DNA of 55,132 bases from Vicugna vicugna (lineage: Eukaryota), in NCBI GenBank assembly GCA_013265495.1, contig MU058384.1, positions 929,622-984,753 on the forward strand. Reading direction: 5' to 3'. The notes under the pieces were generated by a model that saw only the letters and a list, made by a program, of their open reading frames with translations, was not told where the DNA came from and did no database searches. Of this stretch, positions 1-14,360 are shown piece after piece. Both the position numbers and the translations under genes were made by a program. Numbering within the stretch: the first letter of the stretch is position 1; every line of letters begins with the position of its first letter.

Positions 1-2940
1 GCCATCTTATGCTCCACGAGTGCTCGATTAGGATTTGTTCAGTGTGAAAGGAAATATGAAAAGGGATGATGGTGCGATTACTTCTATATCTCAACACTTC
101 TTCTGCACCTGACTTATATCCTACTGCATTATCAGTAACTAGTCTTCAATCAGAATGACGTGGGGAAACGCGAACCTGATAAAAGTGGAACAGCTGCTGT
201 TAATGTAGGTAAGAGGTCTCAGGCCAGCAGCTGCGCTGTCCCTTGCCCACATTGTTGTCCCTCTGCTATCTCAAAAGCTCTGCTGAACATGGCTTGAAAA
301 TCACTCAGCCATTAAATCTCAAAAATAATGCACAATTAGAAGTCAATTTTAAGTGCCTTGCTCTCAAGCCACAAAAGGATAATGAATAGTGACCTAGAGA
401 AATCACTCCTGTTTGTTGACAGCTATATGTTGAAGGGTAGAACAGGCAGACCCACGGGAGCAACTTTGAGGATCTCCTTCTAAATGACTGTCTGGGAAAT
501 GCCTGTTTAACCTCCTTTCACTTATGGCTGTGTTCTTGCTGAATGAAAAAAGAAAAAAAATGAGGTGCTTTGGATGACCTTCCCAGTTCTTAGTTATATG
601 TTCCCCAGTCCATGCAGTGTCATACTCCACTGCACCAGGAGAGAGCACAGGATTTCCTTTTATCAACTTCATCCAGATAAGATCTTTTATTTCCTCTCTC
701 AGCCTCAAGAAGAGCACAGCCTTGTCGATGACTCAGTGGTCAATCAGCTCTAACGTGTAAATGCTAGCATGTCTCCTAACCTCGCCCTTCCCAGTACTGC
801 CTTCCATTCCAAATATAGACAAGAATAACATAAAAATAAGTTCTCTTTTATAGTGAAAGGGTTGGCAATTGTCTGGATAGCTCACCTAGGATTATAAGTG
901 AATTAAGAAGGTAGTTAATCTTGTGCACTGATTTGTATTTTTGATAAGACAGCCTTGGCTATTACTTCTTTCTGACTTGTCCAGATCTTCTCAGTTCAAT
1001 GGCATTTTTCACTAATTACAGTTTACAGCAGGCCTCAGATTCCCAAACCAGTTCTGTGTACAGCATAGCCTGACAAGAAAAGAAAAAAATAACAACTCCG
1101 TGTAGTTATAACTTGGGTTGTTCCTGGACTTATCAAAGGAGCAGTATCTCTGACTTCTTTCATCCCTTTACAAACGTCAAACATGTAATCAACTCAACAC
1201 TGAGATATTGATTTAGGGGCAGAGCAACTTCATTTCAGGAGAAATCAAAAGATTGAAAACACAGATATACTTTCTTGTCCTACAGGCTGCTGTTACATTG
1301 AGGAAGAATGCAGAATAAAGCTATTACCAAGAGAGCTAGCTAAAACAATACCATCCTATTTGTTTCTTTAAATAAAATCCATTCAACATCAAGAAACATT
1401 TTCTAGTCCGGAAAATTCTGAAGGCTACATTTAGAATTTGGACATCTCGTCAGTGTTTCATTTTAAAATCATACTTACTGTTTGGAAAGATGGACAACAG
1501 TTTTTCCAGAGAAAAAAATGCCATGTATCTGATAAAAATAAGTCAACCTTTCCATTTTTGCTTTACTTAAAGTTTATGTAGTGTAGTCCTCTCAAATGTA
1601 CAGATAGAATAAAATTCAATGGCTTTGGTTTTGGCCCCAGAGTAGAAAGAAGATATCTAAAGACAATGGTGAATAATAGACTGAGGCTCATATAGATTGA
1701 CAATGTGAGCATGCCATGAACATCCAACACCAAGGGTGTAGCAATTAGACACCATAAAATAAACTTATGTTCTATCCTAACCCAATAATAAAACAGTGAA
1801 ATAATTGGCTTCACCAATTTATTTATGTATATTTCAGTGCATTCCATATATTATCTCTCCATGACAATCCAATAATACGAAAATATTGCCAATATAGGTT
1901 AGCAGTATTGTGTTCTATTAAAACAGCAGATATCCAAGCCTGTAACATAATAATTCATGTAATAGAAAATATGTTTACCCATAGACTGCAGCATATTCAT
2001 GACTGTGAAAAGTATCCTTATGAACAATACTATTCAGAATAATATTGACTTGAAAATAGAAACAGTGTCTGATATTCACAATGAATGTGAAAACAGTCTT
2101 ACAATGAATATAAACCATAGGTTAACATAGAATGTATTCTCAGTCATCATTGCTTTGTTCAGTACTATAAAAATAAATAAAAATCTGAATGAAATAAGCA
2201 ACAAAAAAGTTTAACCTGTACTCATATGAATAAATGGCTTAGACAACACAGATTTCTCAGACATATCTGCACGTAGAGAATATGAATTTTGTTAAATATG
2301 CATTGCTGAATTTCTTTCATATGCCTAACACATTTCTTGGTGCAATAAGGCTCAAAAGAAATATTAGTCATGGTCATATACCAGATGGATTTGTGAGAAT
2401 AAAGTAAACACAACATGAAATAATTAATAAATTAGTGTGTATGTATACACACATGCACATTCTATTTATTTCAGCATTTATTATGAACATAATATCCTGC
2501 TAACAGAAAGTATTAGGAATTAGATTACCATATTAAAAGGATGATTCATTAAGGTGATAATTTTATTTCTGTTCCATAGTCCTTTGTTTTTAGTCTCAGA
2601 AAAAAAAATTTGAAACTAAGTTATAATTGTTTTTATAAACAAGTTTTGTCTGACCTTAAAACTTCACTTTCACAAATATACCAAGATAGAAAAATGTTAC
2701 ATAATATTACTTGAAAATATTGTAGGACAGAAAGGAAGAAAATGTAAGAGACACACAAAACATAATATAATGATAATTTTAAATACTTTCAATGTTGACA
2801 TAATGAGAGCTAAAATAGCATTAGAGATTGACTCAAAGCTAACTCTAGAATATTCAAATTCAACTGAGTCTATTATGTAGTTTTCCTCTTTGCTAACTGG
2901 AAGAATGTTTTTTTTAGCAAATCATAGATTGCATCATATG

Positions 2941-3482
2941 TGTTAGGTATTTAGATCAGTGGGGCAGCAGGCAGATAGAGGAGGATGGTCGGGAAGATGA
3001 TGTTATGCCCACCTCCAGCCTAAAGAGACTTTACATCTAAATGAGTGTCAGCAAGAAACCGGGTGGAACTCAATAGCTGTGACTACACAGTAGCAGACTT
3101 AACAGAACATGACCCAGTGCCCATTGTACTGTAATTAACATTGCAGTTTAGCACCCCCACCCAAGCCATGGGTTTTTTTGTGTACACCATGGGTAAGGAC
3201 ATGCACAAAGGGGCCAAACGTGACTAAGCATTCCAGGGACAAGAGCTGTCAATCAATCAAAAGGCCACCTCTAAGCAAGGGTAGAAGAGAAAGGGGGGCA
3301 AAAACTGCCACTGTTCCTCCCTTGGATCAGCCCGCCTCCAGTTCTTGGAGGCGCACTTTTTCTTTCCTCAATAAATCTTATTTAAAATCTTTCATTACTC
3401 AACAAGCCATCTCCTGACTGTAATGTTACCTTTCGGGTATGACAAGAACTGGGGTCTTTCCTCTTTACCTATAGGGATAACA
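2941..3482 (+). mobile_element. ERV1-like solo LTR
   Basis: TGTTA...TAACA inverted termini, AATAAA at ~3371, imperfect 4-bp flanking duplication tatg/tctg, no internal retroviral sequence. Confidence 0.7.
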
Positions 3483-4572
3483 TCTGTATTCTTCTATCCC
3501 AGGAAAGCATCGATGACTACCAAAGTCACTGTAATAAATTCAGTCTTGCCCTTCTACAATCCTTTCTTAATACAAATAGAGGGATCTTTTAAAAATGCCA
3601 CTCACTTAGCTCTCAAGTCCTGAGCAAAGTTTGCCCTCCTTGCCTTTGTCATGTTTATTGCATCAATCTATTGTACCTCTTTTAAAAGTAAGAAGACCAT
3701 TAAGTACTTTAAATGCTCTCTGAAGTGATTTGCTATACAGTGGTTTGACCAAGATGTCCTTCATTGATAAAAAAGACTCAGTTTCAAGTGCTTGTACTTA
3801 GAGCATAAAATTACCATCCAGTATATTTTAAATATATACTGCATGCTGAAAATTTAATTACCATGAGATGTTATAGTGTTAGACACTCTATTTTTTATTT
3901 GCAGTGATTTTGTTTTATTTATATTGTACAGTTTATGTAGCATGCAAGCACAGATTTTCAGTGAGTTTAAAAATAAGTAACCCACCACTACATGTATCAG
4001 AGTATAAAACACTTCCATCACAACAGAAAGTGTCCTCAGGCCCCTTCCAGTCACTCCCACTCCACATCATTCCTATTTCCATTACCAAAGACTGGTTCTG
4101 CCTATTCTTAAACATGTTGTTAATTAAATTATTCAGTGTCTACAATTTTGGTCTTGTTTCTGCTCAACATAATGTTTTGACTTTCATCCATACTGTTCTT
4201 TGTATCTGTAATTTATTCTGTTTCTATTGAAAAGTAGTTTTCTATGCTAAGAAAATATCATATATATTATCTCTTCTGTTGATGAACATTTGCTTTGTTT
4301 CCAGCCTTTATCTACTATGTGGAAAGCCATTATAAAGCATTCGTATCAATTATTTTTGGGGACATGTCTCTTGGGTAAAAACACAGAAATTGAATTCCTT
4401 GATCAAATAGATACAAAGATACAGATATAAATACAGACACAGAGTAATTACAGATACATTTGTACATATGTATATAAAAATACATTTTCCCTAAGTAATT
4501 GTGTTACATCACATCCCCAATGGCACTGTATGAGAGTTTATATTAGTCTGCTTCCTCAACATTTGGTGGTGT

Positions 4573-5036
4573 TGTGAAGGAAAAACCGGGCTGGTCTAAC
4601 AAGATAACTCACAAGTCTAGGAATGTGAAGGAGAGGCTGGGCTGGTCTAACAAGATAACTCACAAATATAAGTATTGAAATACTGATCTGAGTTCTGCTA
4701 GACTGACTTGTAAATCTAGGTTAATTAGTGTTGGTTTGCTGTTCCTGTTTTTTGCTAGCCAGCTGGGTTTTCAAAGATACATATCTGGCTTTGGAATGTT
4801 GGTTTGTTGCCTCCCCACCTCCACTTTTGTGATGATAATGCTGCTAAAGCTGTTCCATGCCTATTGGCCTAATACCCCAAACTTGTACTTTACCCTATAA
4901 AACCTCATGAACACGTCTTGGAGGTGCTCAGAGCTTCGGAGCAGAAACCCCTCTGAGCCCGCCGGTGTAATACATTTGAGTACTCCAACCCTCCGAGTGG
5001 TGCTTGTTTCTTGACTGGCCTGTCGTTTCTGTAACA
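4573..5036 (+). mobile_element. Relatively young ERV1-like solo LTR inserted in old L1
   Basis: TGTGAAGG...GTAACA termini, TATA-like ctataaaa ~4895, retained CpGs, flanks gtgt/ttgt, host L1 resumes after 5036. Confidence 0.75.
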
Positions 5037-5094
5037 TTGTCATACTTTCTAATTTTAGGCATCCAAGTGGCTCAAAAAACTATTAAATTATACT

Positions 5095-5460
5095 TCAAAA
5101 ACAAACTCGTAGAAAAAAAAGATCAGTTTCGTGGTTATCAGAGGCATGGGGTGAGAAGAGGAGAGAAATTAGATAAAGGTAGTCCAAAGGTTGTAAGATA
5201 AATACTAGGGATGTAATGTACAACATATTAAACATAATTAACACAGCTGTATGTTATATTTGAAAGTTGTTAAAAGAATAAATCCTAAGAGTTCTCTTCA
5301 AAAGAATTTTTTCTATTTCTTGAATTTTGTATCTATTATGAGATGATGAGTATTCACTAAACTTATCATGTTAATCATTTCATAATGTATGCAAGTCAAA
5401 TCACGCTGTATACCTTAAACTTACACAGTGCCGTAGGTCAATTATACTGGAAGAAAAATA
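5095..5460 (+). mobile_element. 5'-truncated L1 3' end (L1MA-like)
   Basis: gtggttatcagagg...gggatgtaatgtacaacat...ctgtataccttaaacttacacagtg...tcaattata followed by an A-rich end. Confidence 0.75.
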
Positions 5461-6009
5461 GGTTATTATAGCTGATTATAACTTACATTTCCTTCATGAC
5501 TAATTATGCTGAACATCTTTTTATAAGTTTAAATGCCATTTCTTATATCTCTTTTTTCTTTCTTAGAAGTACTTGTTTCTTTCTCTTTAAAAGTTTTTGA
5601 TTGTTTATGTTCTGTAGTATTGCTCTGTATAAGTCTTTGTGTATTCTGGAAGTTAATCACTTGTCAAATATTCTCTAAAACTATGGCTTTCATTTTCATA
5701 TCCTTGATGGTGTTTGGTGATGAAAAGAAGTTATTAATTTTGACAAAATCTTATTAAGTGTTTATTTGTGCCATCTCTAATGAAATGCTGCTTACAAAAT
5801 TTTTCTATTTTTTTCATGTGTTATAATTTTAGTTTTTACCTGTGGGTATGTGATGTAACTCAAGTTAACTCCAGGTATGGTGAGAGGTAAGTGTCAAAGT
5901 TAATTTTTTTCAGAGATTTGTAAAGTTGTACCGGTACCAATTGTGGAAAAGACTTTCTTTTCACCATTGAATTGCTTTTATGCCTTCTCAAGAATTAAGA
6001 TTAGAATTT

Positions 6010-7840
6010 CACTTCTAGCCAAGATTGAGTAACAGAGACTGGATTAACTCCTGTATATAAAACAACTAAAATAAAACAGACAAAATATGTAAAATAATGG
6101 TTTACTAATACTTGACATGAGGCATCACAGTGATCTCTGAGACAGAAAAATGCAGTGACCCCTAGGATTGCTCCACCGTAGTATCTGTGGAATGTTTCCA
6201 GAACATTGCTGGAACTGAGATGAAGTAGACAGAACTTCAGTTGAGGAAATGGAGCTAGCAGACCAAGAGGGCCAGGGTACTAGAATTTGTGGGAAAAAAA
6301 TACTAGAAAAGAGAAAGATACCCAAAAAGAAAGCAATCTGGAGGTCCCCAGATGGTATCCCAAGAGCCCTCAGATAGATTCTGATCAGCACAAGCATTTC
6401 AGGAAAATATCAAAGGCCAGGAAAAGAATCACTCAAATAGAGTAAAGAGAAAAATTCTCAGAGATCTCACAGGGCCAGGAATTGTTTTGTGTCCCAATCA
6501 ACCAAAGTGGGAAATTTAATAAATCTTGGGCATTAAAGTACTCAGGAGAGTATTATCTCAGTAGAGAAACAAAATTAGTCCTCCTCCCCCCCAAAAAAGG
6601 TTTTTCTGATATCTTATAATAAATTTTAAAGTAATATGAGGGAAGATCAAATTATTTTCATATAAATAAACTGTGTTCCAGAATATAATTTAATAATATT
6701 CATAAAAATACAAAAAATACCCACTCAGCAATATAAAATTAAAATCTCTGGTATCCAATCAAAATTATCATGTATGCACAGAGGCAGGAAAAAAATGAAT
6801 CATAATGAGGAGAAACATCAATCAATAAAAACACACCCAAGAATGACTCAAATGATAGAATCAGGACAGAAGTCCATTAAATAAGTAATGGTAACTATAT
6901 AATGTATTCAAAAAGGTAGAAAAAAAATTGAGAATATAAAGTAGATGCTTTGAACATTTAAAGAACTCTCAAAGAACTCCTAGGAATGAAAAATACAACT
7001 TGTAGAATTTAAAAAGTACACTACATGAGATTAACATCAGATTAGATACTGAAGCAGAAAATATTAATAGACTAGAAAACAGAGCAACTGTCCAGAATGA
7101 AACTCAAAGAGTAAAAAAGAATTTAAAAAATGAAAAGGGCATCAGTTAGCAGTGAAACAACAAGAGATGATACATACGTAATTAGAGCCCTTGAGTGATA
7201 AGAAGGGTTATGAAGTATATTTGAAGGAATATTGACTAGATTTTCTAAATTTGATAAAAAGTATAATCTTATGTTTCCAACATTTTCAATCAACTCTATG
7301 CAAAAGGCACAAATAATCTTATTGTTTTAAACTGAAATAAAGAGAACATCTTAAAATCAGCCAGAGAAAAAAGACATCATATATAGGGAAATAAATATAA
7401 TGATAATAGCAGATTGCTCATCAAAAGCAATGCAAGTTAGAAGACAGTGAAGTGACATCCTTAAAGTGCTAAAAAGAAAACCTGGCAACAAATAGTTCTA
7501 GATCCAGAAAAAAATTTTTCGGAAAATAAAATCAATATAAAGACTTTCAGAAACACAAAAGTTGAATTAGTATATCTGCACTACAATAAATATTAAAGAA
7601 AAATCTTTCAGGCAGAAGGATAATGATTTCAGATGGAAGTCTGTGTCAACACTGAAAAACAGAATAAATGTAAATGTGTGGGTAAATACAAAATATTTTC
7701 TCATATTTTAAATCATTTAAGAGATAATTGTTTAAAATGAACATAAATAACAATGCATTATAGACTTTGTCAATATAGACTATGTACAATAACAGTAGCA
7801 TAAAAGCCAGCAGGGGAGAAATGGAAGTATATATATTGTT
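6010..7840 (+). mobile_element. Old L1 5' region and decayed ORF1
   Basis: acttctagccaagat start; ORF1-like remnants (cagattagatactgaagcagaaaatattaatagactagaa; aaaatcagccagagaaaaaagaca; agcagattgctcatcaaaagcaatgcaagttagaagacagtg). Confidence 0.7.
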
Positions 7841-7849
7841 GGGAGGCCC

Positions 7850-8299
7850 TTCACTCTCTGAATGGGCAAGCTGGACACCCAGGAGAGCAGATGATTTAGT
7901 TCCAGTCTATGTATGAAGGCCAGAGAACCAAGGGAACTGTGGTATAGTTCCCATCCATAGACAAATGGGCCTGAGACCCAGGAAGAGCCAATGTTTCACT
8001 TCAAGTCTGAAAACGAAAGCCAAAAAAAAAAAAAAAAAGCCAGTGCCTCAACTCAAAGGTAGTCAGGCAAGAGGAATTCTGTCTCAGGAGAGGGTCAGGA
8101 TTTCTGTTCTAGGCAGGCCTTCAACTGATTGGATGAGGCTTACCACATAGGGAGGGCAATCTGCTTTACTTAGTGTGTGGATTCAAATGTTAATTTCATC
8201 CAAAAACATCTGCACAGAAACACCCATAGTAATGTTGGAGCACATACATGAGAACCCTATGAACCCTAGTCACATTGACATATAACATTCATCCTTACA
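7850..8299 (-). mobile_element. MLT2-type ERVL LTR
   Basis: aggccttcaactgattggatgaggc...gggagggcaatctgctttact...attcaaatgttaatttcatccaaaaacat matches antisense MLT2. Confidence 0.8.
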
Positions 8300-10680
8300 A
8301 TGACCTAGAGTATTCATCCTCAAAATGCAAAATTAGCATAACATTCTGAAATCAATTTACATAATTCACCATTTAAGAGAGAAAACAGATAATCTCCAGA
8401 AATGACAGAAAAAAAAAATCAATGTATAAAATATAGCGTCTAGTTGTTTAAATCCCTCAAAAACTAGAAATAGAAGCAAAGAGTATAAAACTCATAAAGG
8501 GAATTCAAGCAATACTTGAATCATACTTGAAATTGAAAAAGTGAATTTGTCCCTGAATATCAGGAAAAAGAGAAAGGCATTTACTCTCTCGGGTTCTATT
8601 CTACATGGCATCAGCAGTTCCAGCTTCTGGAAAAATATAAGGAAAAGAAATTAAAGACATATAGTCAGTAAAGAAAGAAAGAAAACTTTATTAGCTAATG
8701 GCATAATTGTCAATGCAGAATATTCTATTGAATTTACACAAAAAGCTACTAGGACTAAAAAGTGAGCTTAGTGAGTTTTCATGATATAAGATCAGTATAC
8801 TAATCAAATATATTTCTGTATGCTAACAATCAGAAATTGAAATTTGAAAACAGTGTCATTTACATAAGCATCAAAAATATGAGAAAGTTAGGGATGAATT
8901 TAACAAAAGATGTGTACTGCATGCTAAGAAAATACAAACATGACTGAGAGGAATTAACAAAAACATAGATGCGAATACTTAAAGACCTAAATAAAGAGAT
9001 AGATACACCATGTTTATGGACCACAAGAATCAATATTAAAAGGTCAGTTCTCCCCAAAATGATCTATAGAGTCAATGCAATACCAATCAAAATTTTAGCA
9101 GTCATTTTTGTAGTATTTGACAGGCTGATTCCAAGATTTATATAAATATACAAGGGCACAGAAGATATTAAAAAATAAAAGCTTTGGAAAAGCAGAACAA
9201 AATGATAGGACTAACAAAACCAGATCTCAAGTTTTATTACAAAGCCACAGTAAGCAAAAGAGTGTAGTTTTAGAATTAAAACAGACAAATAAATAATAAA
9301 ATGAAAAAAAAAGCCTAATCCTATTTTTTTTTGTTGTTTTTACTAAATTGCTAGGGCAATTCAGTGAGGAAAGGATAATCTCTTCAACAAATGGTGCCTG
9401 AACTATTGAATAACAAAATGCAAAATGAACAGATAAGTAAAGATCAAAAAAGAAAACCAACCTTTGACCTTTACCTCACATACATATAAAATGCTTATCT
9501 CAATATGATACAAATTCTGAAATTTAAAACCTAAAACTATTTCTAATAGAAAAAAGAGGGAAATCTCTGTAACCTTGAGTTTTGCAATAATTTCTTAGAT
9601 TGAAAACAAAAAGTACTGCTCATAAAAGAACAAATTGATAAACTGAACTTCATCAAAATGAAAACTGTCTGTTCTTTCATAAAACACCACAAAGAGAATG
9701 AAGAAATGAGTCACAGACTGAAAAATAATATTTGCAAATCTTGTAACTGATAAAAGATTTCTACCTAGAATATGTAAGAAACAAAACTCACTAATAAGAA
9801 AACAAACAACCTAATCTAAAGTGAAGAAAGATGTGAACATTTCACCAAAGAAGATGATATGGATGGCAAATAAACACCTGAAAAGATATTCCATGCCCTT
9901 GTTTCCTAGGAAAGTGAAAATTAAATTACAGGGATATACCACTGTACATCAGGGTTGTCTACGATTAAAGACTATACCAAGTGTTGGCAAAGATATGGAT
10001 AGACTATAACACTCACACCCTACCATTAGAAATGCAAAATGGTATGATCACTTTGGAAAACAGTCTAACAGTTTTTTAATAAGTTAAATATACATTTAAG
10101 CTATGTCCCAGTCATTCCGCTCCTAGGCATTTGCTCAAGAGAAAAAAAAAAGCTCATATTTACACAAAGTGTTGTACTTGAAATGTTCACAGCAGCTTTG
10201 TTAAGTAGTTCTCAAACTGGAAACAATACAACCAGCGATGGGAAGCAAAAAGAATGACAATCATGGAATATCCACAAGATAGGAAACTACTCAGAAATAA
10301 AAAGCATTGAACTATTGATATATGCTACAACATCAATGATTCTCAAAATAATCCTGCTGACAAAAAGCAGACAAAAAAGAGTCTCTACTAAACAATTTCA
10401 GTTATAGACAAGTCCTAGAAAACATCACTATAGTAATAAAAAGCAGATCTGTGGTTGCTTATAGATGAGGTAGGCAATGTGCTGTGCGAAGGACAAAAAA
10501 ACAAAGCGGCACGGGTGAAGTATGGAATTTGGGGAGTGATTGTTATGCTTAATATCTTGTGATGGCAATTCTGTGATGACAATTTTACGGATGTATACAT
10601 ATGTCAAAAGTCATCAAAATGTGTACTTCAAATATGTGCTGTTTATTGCATGTCAATTATCCCTCATTAATGCTGTTCAA
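8300..10680 (+). mobile_element. Old L1 ORF2 3' half and 3'UTR (L1MC/MD-like), decayed
   Basis: ORF2 remnants (gatctatagagtcaatgcaataccaatcaaaat; tcttcaacaaatggtgc; cactttggaaaacagt) with many stops and indels. Confidence 0.85.
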
Positions 10681-11130
10681 TCAAATCCTAGTGTTTTAAA
10701 GCAACAATCACTTAGTCTCACACATGCACCACTTCCTGAGGCTCAGATGATTTAAGCAGGAATCAGCTGGGTGGATCTGTGCCACATGCATCTATGCTAC
10801 TAAAGACCTATGAGTAACACTGGATGACTCTGCTTCATGTGTCTCTCGTTCACTTTTGAGTAGCAGCCTAACCAGCAGAGGGTTCTTCTCATGACGATGG
10901 TAGAAATGAAAAAAAAGTTAAAAAAAAAAAAAGCAAGGCATCTTAAATCCTTGATTTGGAAGGAAATGGCATGCAGTGACTCCTGACTCTTTCTATTTAT
11001 TAAAGCAAGTCACATAATCAATTTCAGAGTTAAGAATAGGAAATACACATCTCCCTTTACAAGGCTGTAAGTGAGGGTATGTTTGCAGGGATGGTGGAAG
11101 AATCAGGCCAGTCAGGCAATCTAATACACA
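10680..11130 (-). mobile_element. Old MaLR LTR (MLT1H/I/J-like)
   Basis: ctagtgttttaaagcaacaa; cagctgggtgg; gttcttctcatg; ttctatttattaaagcaagtcacat. Confidence 0.6.
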
Positions 11131-13479
11131 CAAAAGATACAATATTTTGTTCAAAAAAAGCAATACATTCTGAAAAGTACTTCAAAGAAACAGGAAGTCA
11201 AGTTGCTCTTTACCTCACTAACTTTCCATTATATTGTAAGTGCTCATCTCCTAAAACCTTGTCTATCAACCTAATCATGAGGCTTCAATACTAAATTGGT
11301 AGCTCAGTGTGTCAAATACATTGTAACAAATTAATTCTTGAGCATTTTATTTTAAAATAACAAAGTTCTTGATTCTATAAAAAACAAAAATGAAAAATGT
11401 ACCCTCCCAACCACCACAACAGCTCTACAATCATATCAAATTAGCCCTCAGCTATTAATGCTGAAATGTAAAACTGTTCAGACATGGAACTATATATATG
11501 TTATATATAGTTCATATATATTATATATATTGTATATTACACATATATAAATTTCTCAACCATTATATATCTTTTCCATATTGAAATCCTCATGTAGTTC
11601 ATTATTATTATTTTTAAACTGTTCGGAACTAACACTTGTTCTAAATATTCTTCATGTTTTCAGATTTTACCCATTTCTCTAAAAAAAAAAATCTAAGAGA
11701 ATTTAAGGCAATTTGTGTGTACGTGGGTTTTGGAAAATGTTAAGAGGTATTACTCATCCTCATGGATTGGTAATTCTGCTGACTAACAGAGCTGCCCACA
11801 CAGTGTTCTAGTTAGTGTAAGAGGAATTTGGAATGTTGAAAATCTCTTGGCCAGATACACTCTAAACTATAAACAAGTAATTCTGAGGGGAGCAAGTTAC
11901 ATTTGTTAAAGTGAGTTAATAATAGTTGTATTATTCACATAGAAGTATTTCTCCAAGGTGAAACATGGGAGGTTTCAGGAGAATTTCAGGTGAAATAAAG
12001 TTCCTGTTTTAATCTGACTATAAAACATTGCAATAGTCTTCCTCATAAGTCATAACATTCAAACTGAAAAGACAAGAATCTCTCAGGACATTTTCTTTCT
12101 CTGACATTTATAATAAGTGTTTGTTCACAGCAAGAGAAGGAGAGAACTGAAAAACAAAAGGTTTAACTATATCATTTTTAAAACATGTGTGATTTTTCTC
12201 TATCAACTGTTCTTTAAAACCGGCTATCTCAAGAGGAATTGTTGTATACAAAACCAAGTCTGTATACATTACCAGGAACCCACTGTCAAAACAATATTTG
12301 CTTTTTCTGGCCTTTAATGCTGCAGAAAACTGGAGAGGGGAGGTAGAAGGAAATATGAGTATTTAGAAGATATTTATTGTTTGTTCCACGGGCACAATTC
12401 AAAAAAAGGTAAATGTAAAATAATAATAGATCTAACCTTGGAAACTGAACTACAGCGGAGGGGGCCAGGCTCTGAGCATTCCACATCTACCCTTTGATCT
12501 TGTTATTATGTGACAGAGGAGAGAAAGGCCCTGCTGCTAGTGAAAAACAGATCAGGGATGGAAAGGTAAATGTCAAGGAGAAAATAAGATTAAAATATAA
12601 AACCATAACCAAGGGTAACAAAGTTGGTTTGCATGGAATGCCAACTTAAAAAAAAAATCATAGCGGGAAAACAGAATAAGGGTGAAACAGGAGGTAAGAA
12701 AATGAAAAGTTATTAAGATTATTTTTTGAAAGCACCCAGAAGTGCTAACTTGCCAGTCCCCTGACTTTTCAGCTGAAAGCTATTTTAGGAAAAAATTGAA
12801 TCACATGCATGGATTCATATTTTTCATAAGAATTAACTGGGTAATTAAGGGGGCTTTCTTTGTTGTTTTTAATTGAACCCACTGGACTATACTTATATAT
12901 TGACCAATTTTTCACAAGATCTTGTTCACATTGATATCCCCACGCAGGAGATTTTCACACTGATATTTCTGTAACTATCAATTGTTAAAATAGTAAGGCC
13001 TGACTGGGGAAGTTTAGAAATAACTGAACACTGGAACACAAATAATCTCCTAGTTCAGGACAATGATGGCAACACAAATTAAACCTTTCTAAATCCTGCA
13101 CCTCCTAGAGGTGACTACATTGGAAGAAATGCTTGTTTGCGGGCCACACTGTTTGTCTATTTCCATATTTAATTGATAACAATGACAGATCAGGATCATT
13201 CAATTATCAAACTATATAGAGACAGAGATTTTATTCAATCTGTTTACATTATTGGTCTTGATATTTTCTGAATCATCATTGCTTGTATTGACAGTTCAGA
13301 ATGGTCCTAATGTTCACAATCCCAGTTTTCCTTCCTAGGCATACAGGAACCTACATTTTACAGCCTAAGCCATGTACTTGACTATCTAAAATACAATATA
13401 TACCATTAGGGCCATTTACTTTCTTTACTTTCAATACTAATTGAAAAACTTCTGAAATTTTATTAATACTAGCAGAAAA

Positions 13480-14200
13480 TTTAAAAGAAAAAGGGAAGAT
13501 AATCAATGTAAATAAATACAATATATGTATACATGTGAAGATCTCTGAAATCATACATAGAAGGGATGATTTTATGAAAAAGTGACAATTATCAAACTTG
13601 GCATATTAATGAGAATGTAAATAGGACAATAACTTTAAGTGAATTACATAAAAATGTTAACAACAACAAGAGAATACAGAGCCTCTAAAGATTAGGTTAT
13701 AGGTCATTTTTTTTTCAAATTTGTAAAAAACAAAAATTAACCACAACAGATTTGTAGAACCATCTTAAAATATAGAAGACAAATGGCATGGTCTTCAATT
13801 TATTGCATACGATAAACGTGGTCTTGATTTTAAAACATGACAAAGATTACAAGAAAAAGAAAAGCCACTGTTACTTGTCTATGAATATAACTAAAGACTA
13901 AAAAAATTTGTAAAATTACACAGTGAAATATATTTTTGAAATAGTAGAAGTTCATTCCAGGAATAAAAGGCAAGAAAGATACAAGTAATTCAATTCTGTT
14001 CTCCATCAAGACAATACAAAAAAAGACCATGCAAAATTATAAATAATAAAATCACATGATTATATAAATATAATTTTAAAAGCATTTTTAAAAGTGAAAA
14101 TATTTATTTAAAGACAAAGATAACACAAAGAAGTAGTACTTATTTGATATGCTCAAGAGGAACTTTTTGTTTAAAGAATACAGAGAAAAATATAAGAGCT
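13480..14200 (+). mobile_element. Old L1 ORF2 fragment
   Basis: ttcattccaggaat...aaaatcacatgattata...aaaagcattt RT-region remnants. Confidence 0.55.
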
Positions 14201-14211
14201 ATTCTTTTTCT

Positions 14212-14301
14212 AATATATGTATGTTCATGTACGACTGAAGCATTAACCTATAGACCAGAAATTGACACAATATTGTAAACTGACTACACTTCAATAAAAA
14301 A

Positions 14302-14339
<38 letters not shown>

Positions 14340-14360
14340 CACAAAACAACAACAACAAAA
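14212..14360 (+). mobile_element. Short young L1 3' end with A/(TA)n/(CAA)n tail
   Basis: tatgttcatgtacgactgaagc...ccagaaattgacacaatattgtaaactgactacacttcaataaaaa, homologous to but distinct from the 3' ends at ~19000 and ~52200. Confidence 0.85.

Larger units (their letters stand above)
3880..6000 (-). mobile_element. Old L1 (L1M-type) 3' region, interrupted by an LTR and another L1 fragment
   Basis: Degenerate antisense L1 3' motifs (ttctgttgatgaacatttg...tttccag; caacatttggtg; catttccttcatgactaat; cattgaattgc). Confidence 0.7.

Noticed and set aside
177..196. GATA/E-box composite (TAL1-GATA1)
   Set aside because: GATA orientation relative to the E-box is opposite to the canonical composite
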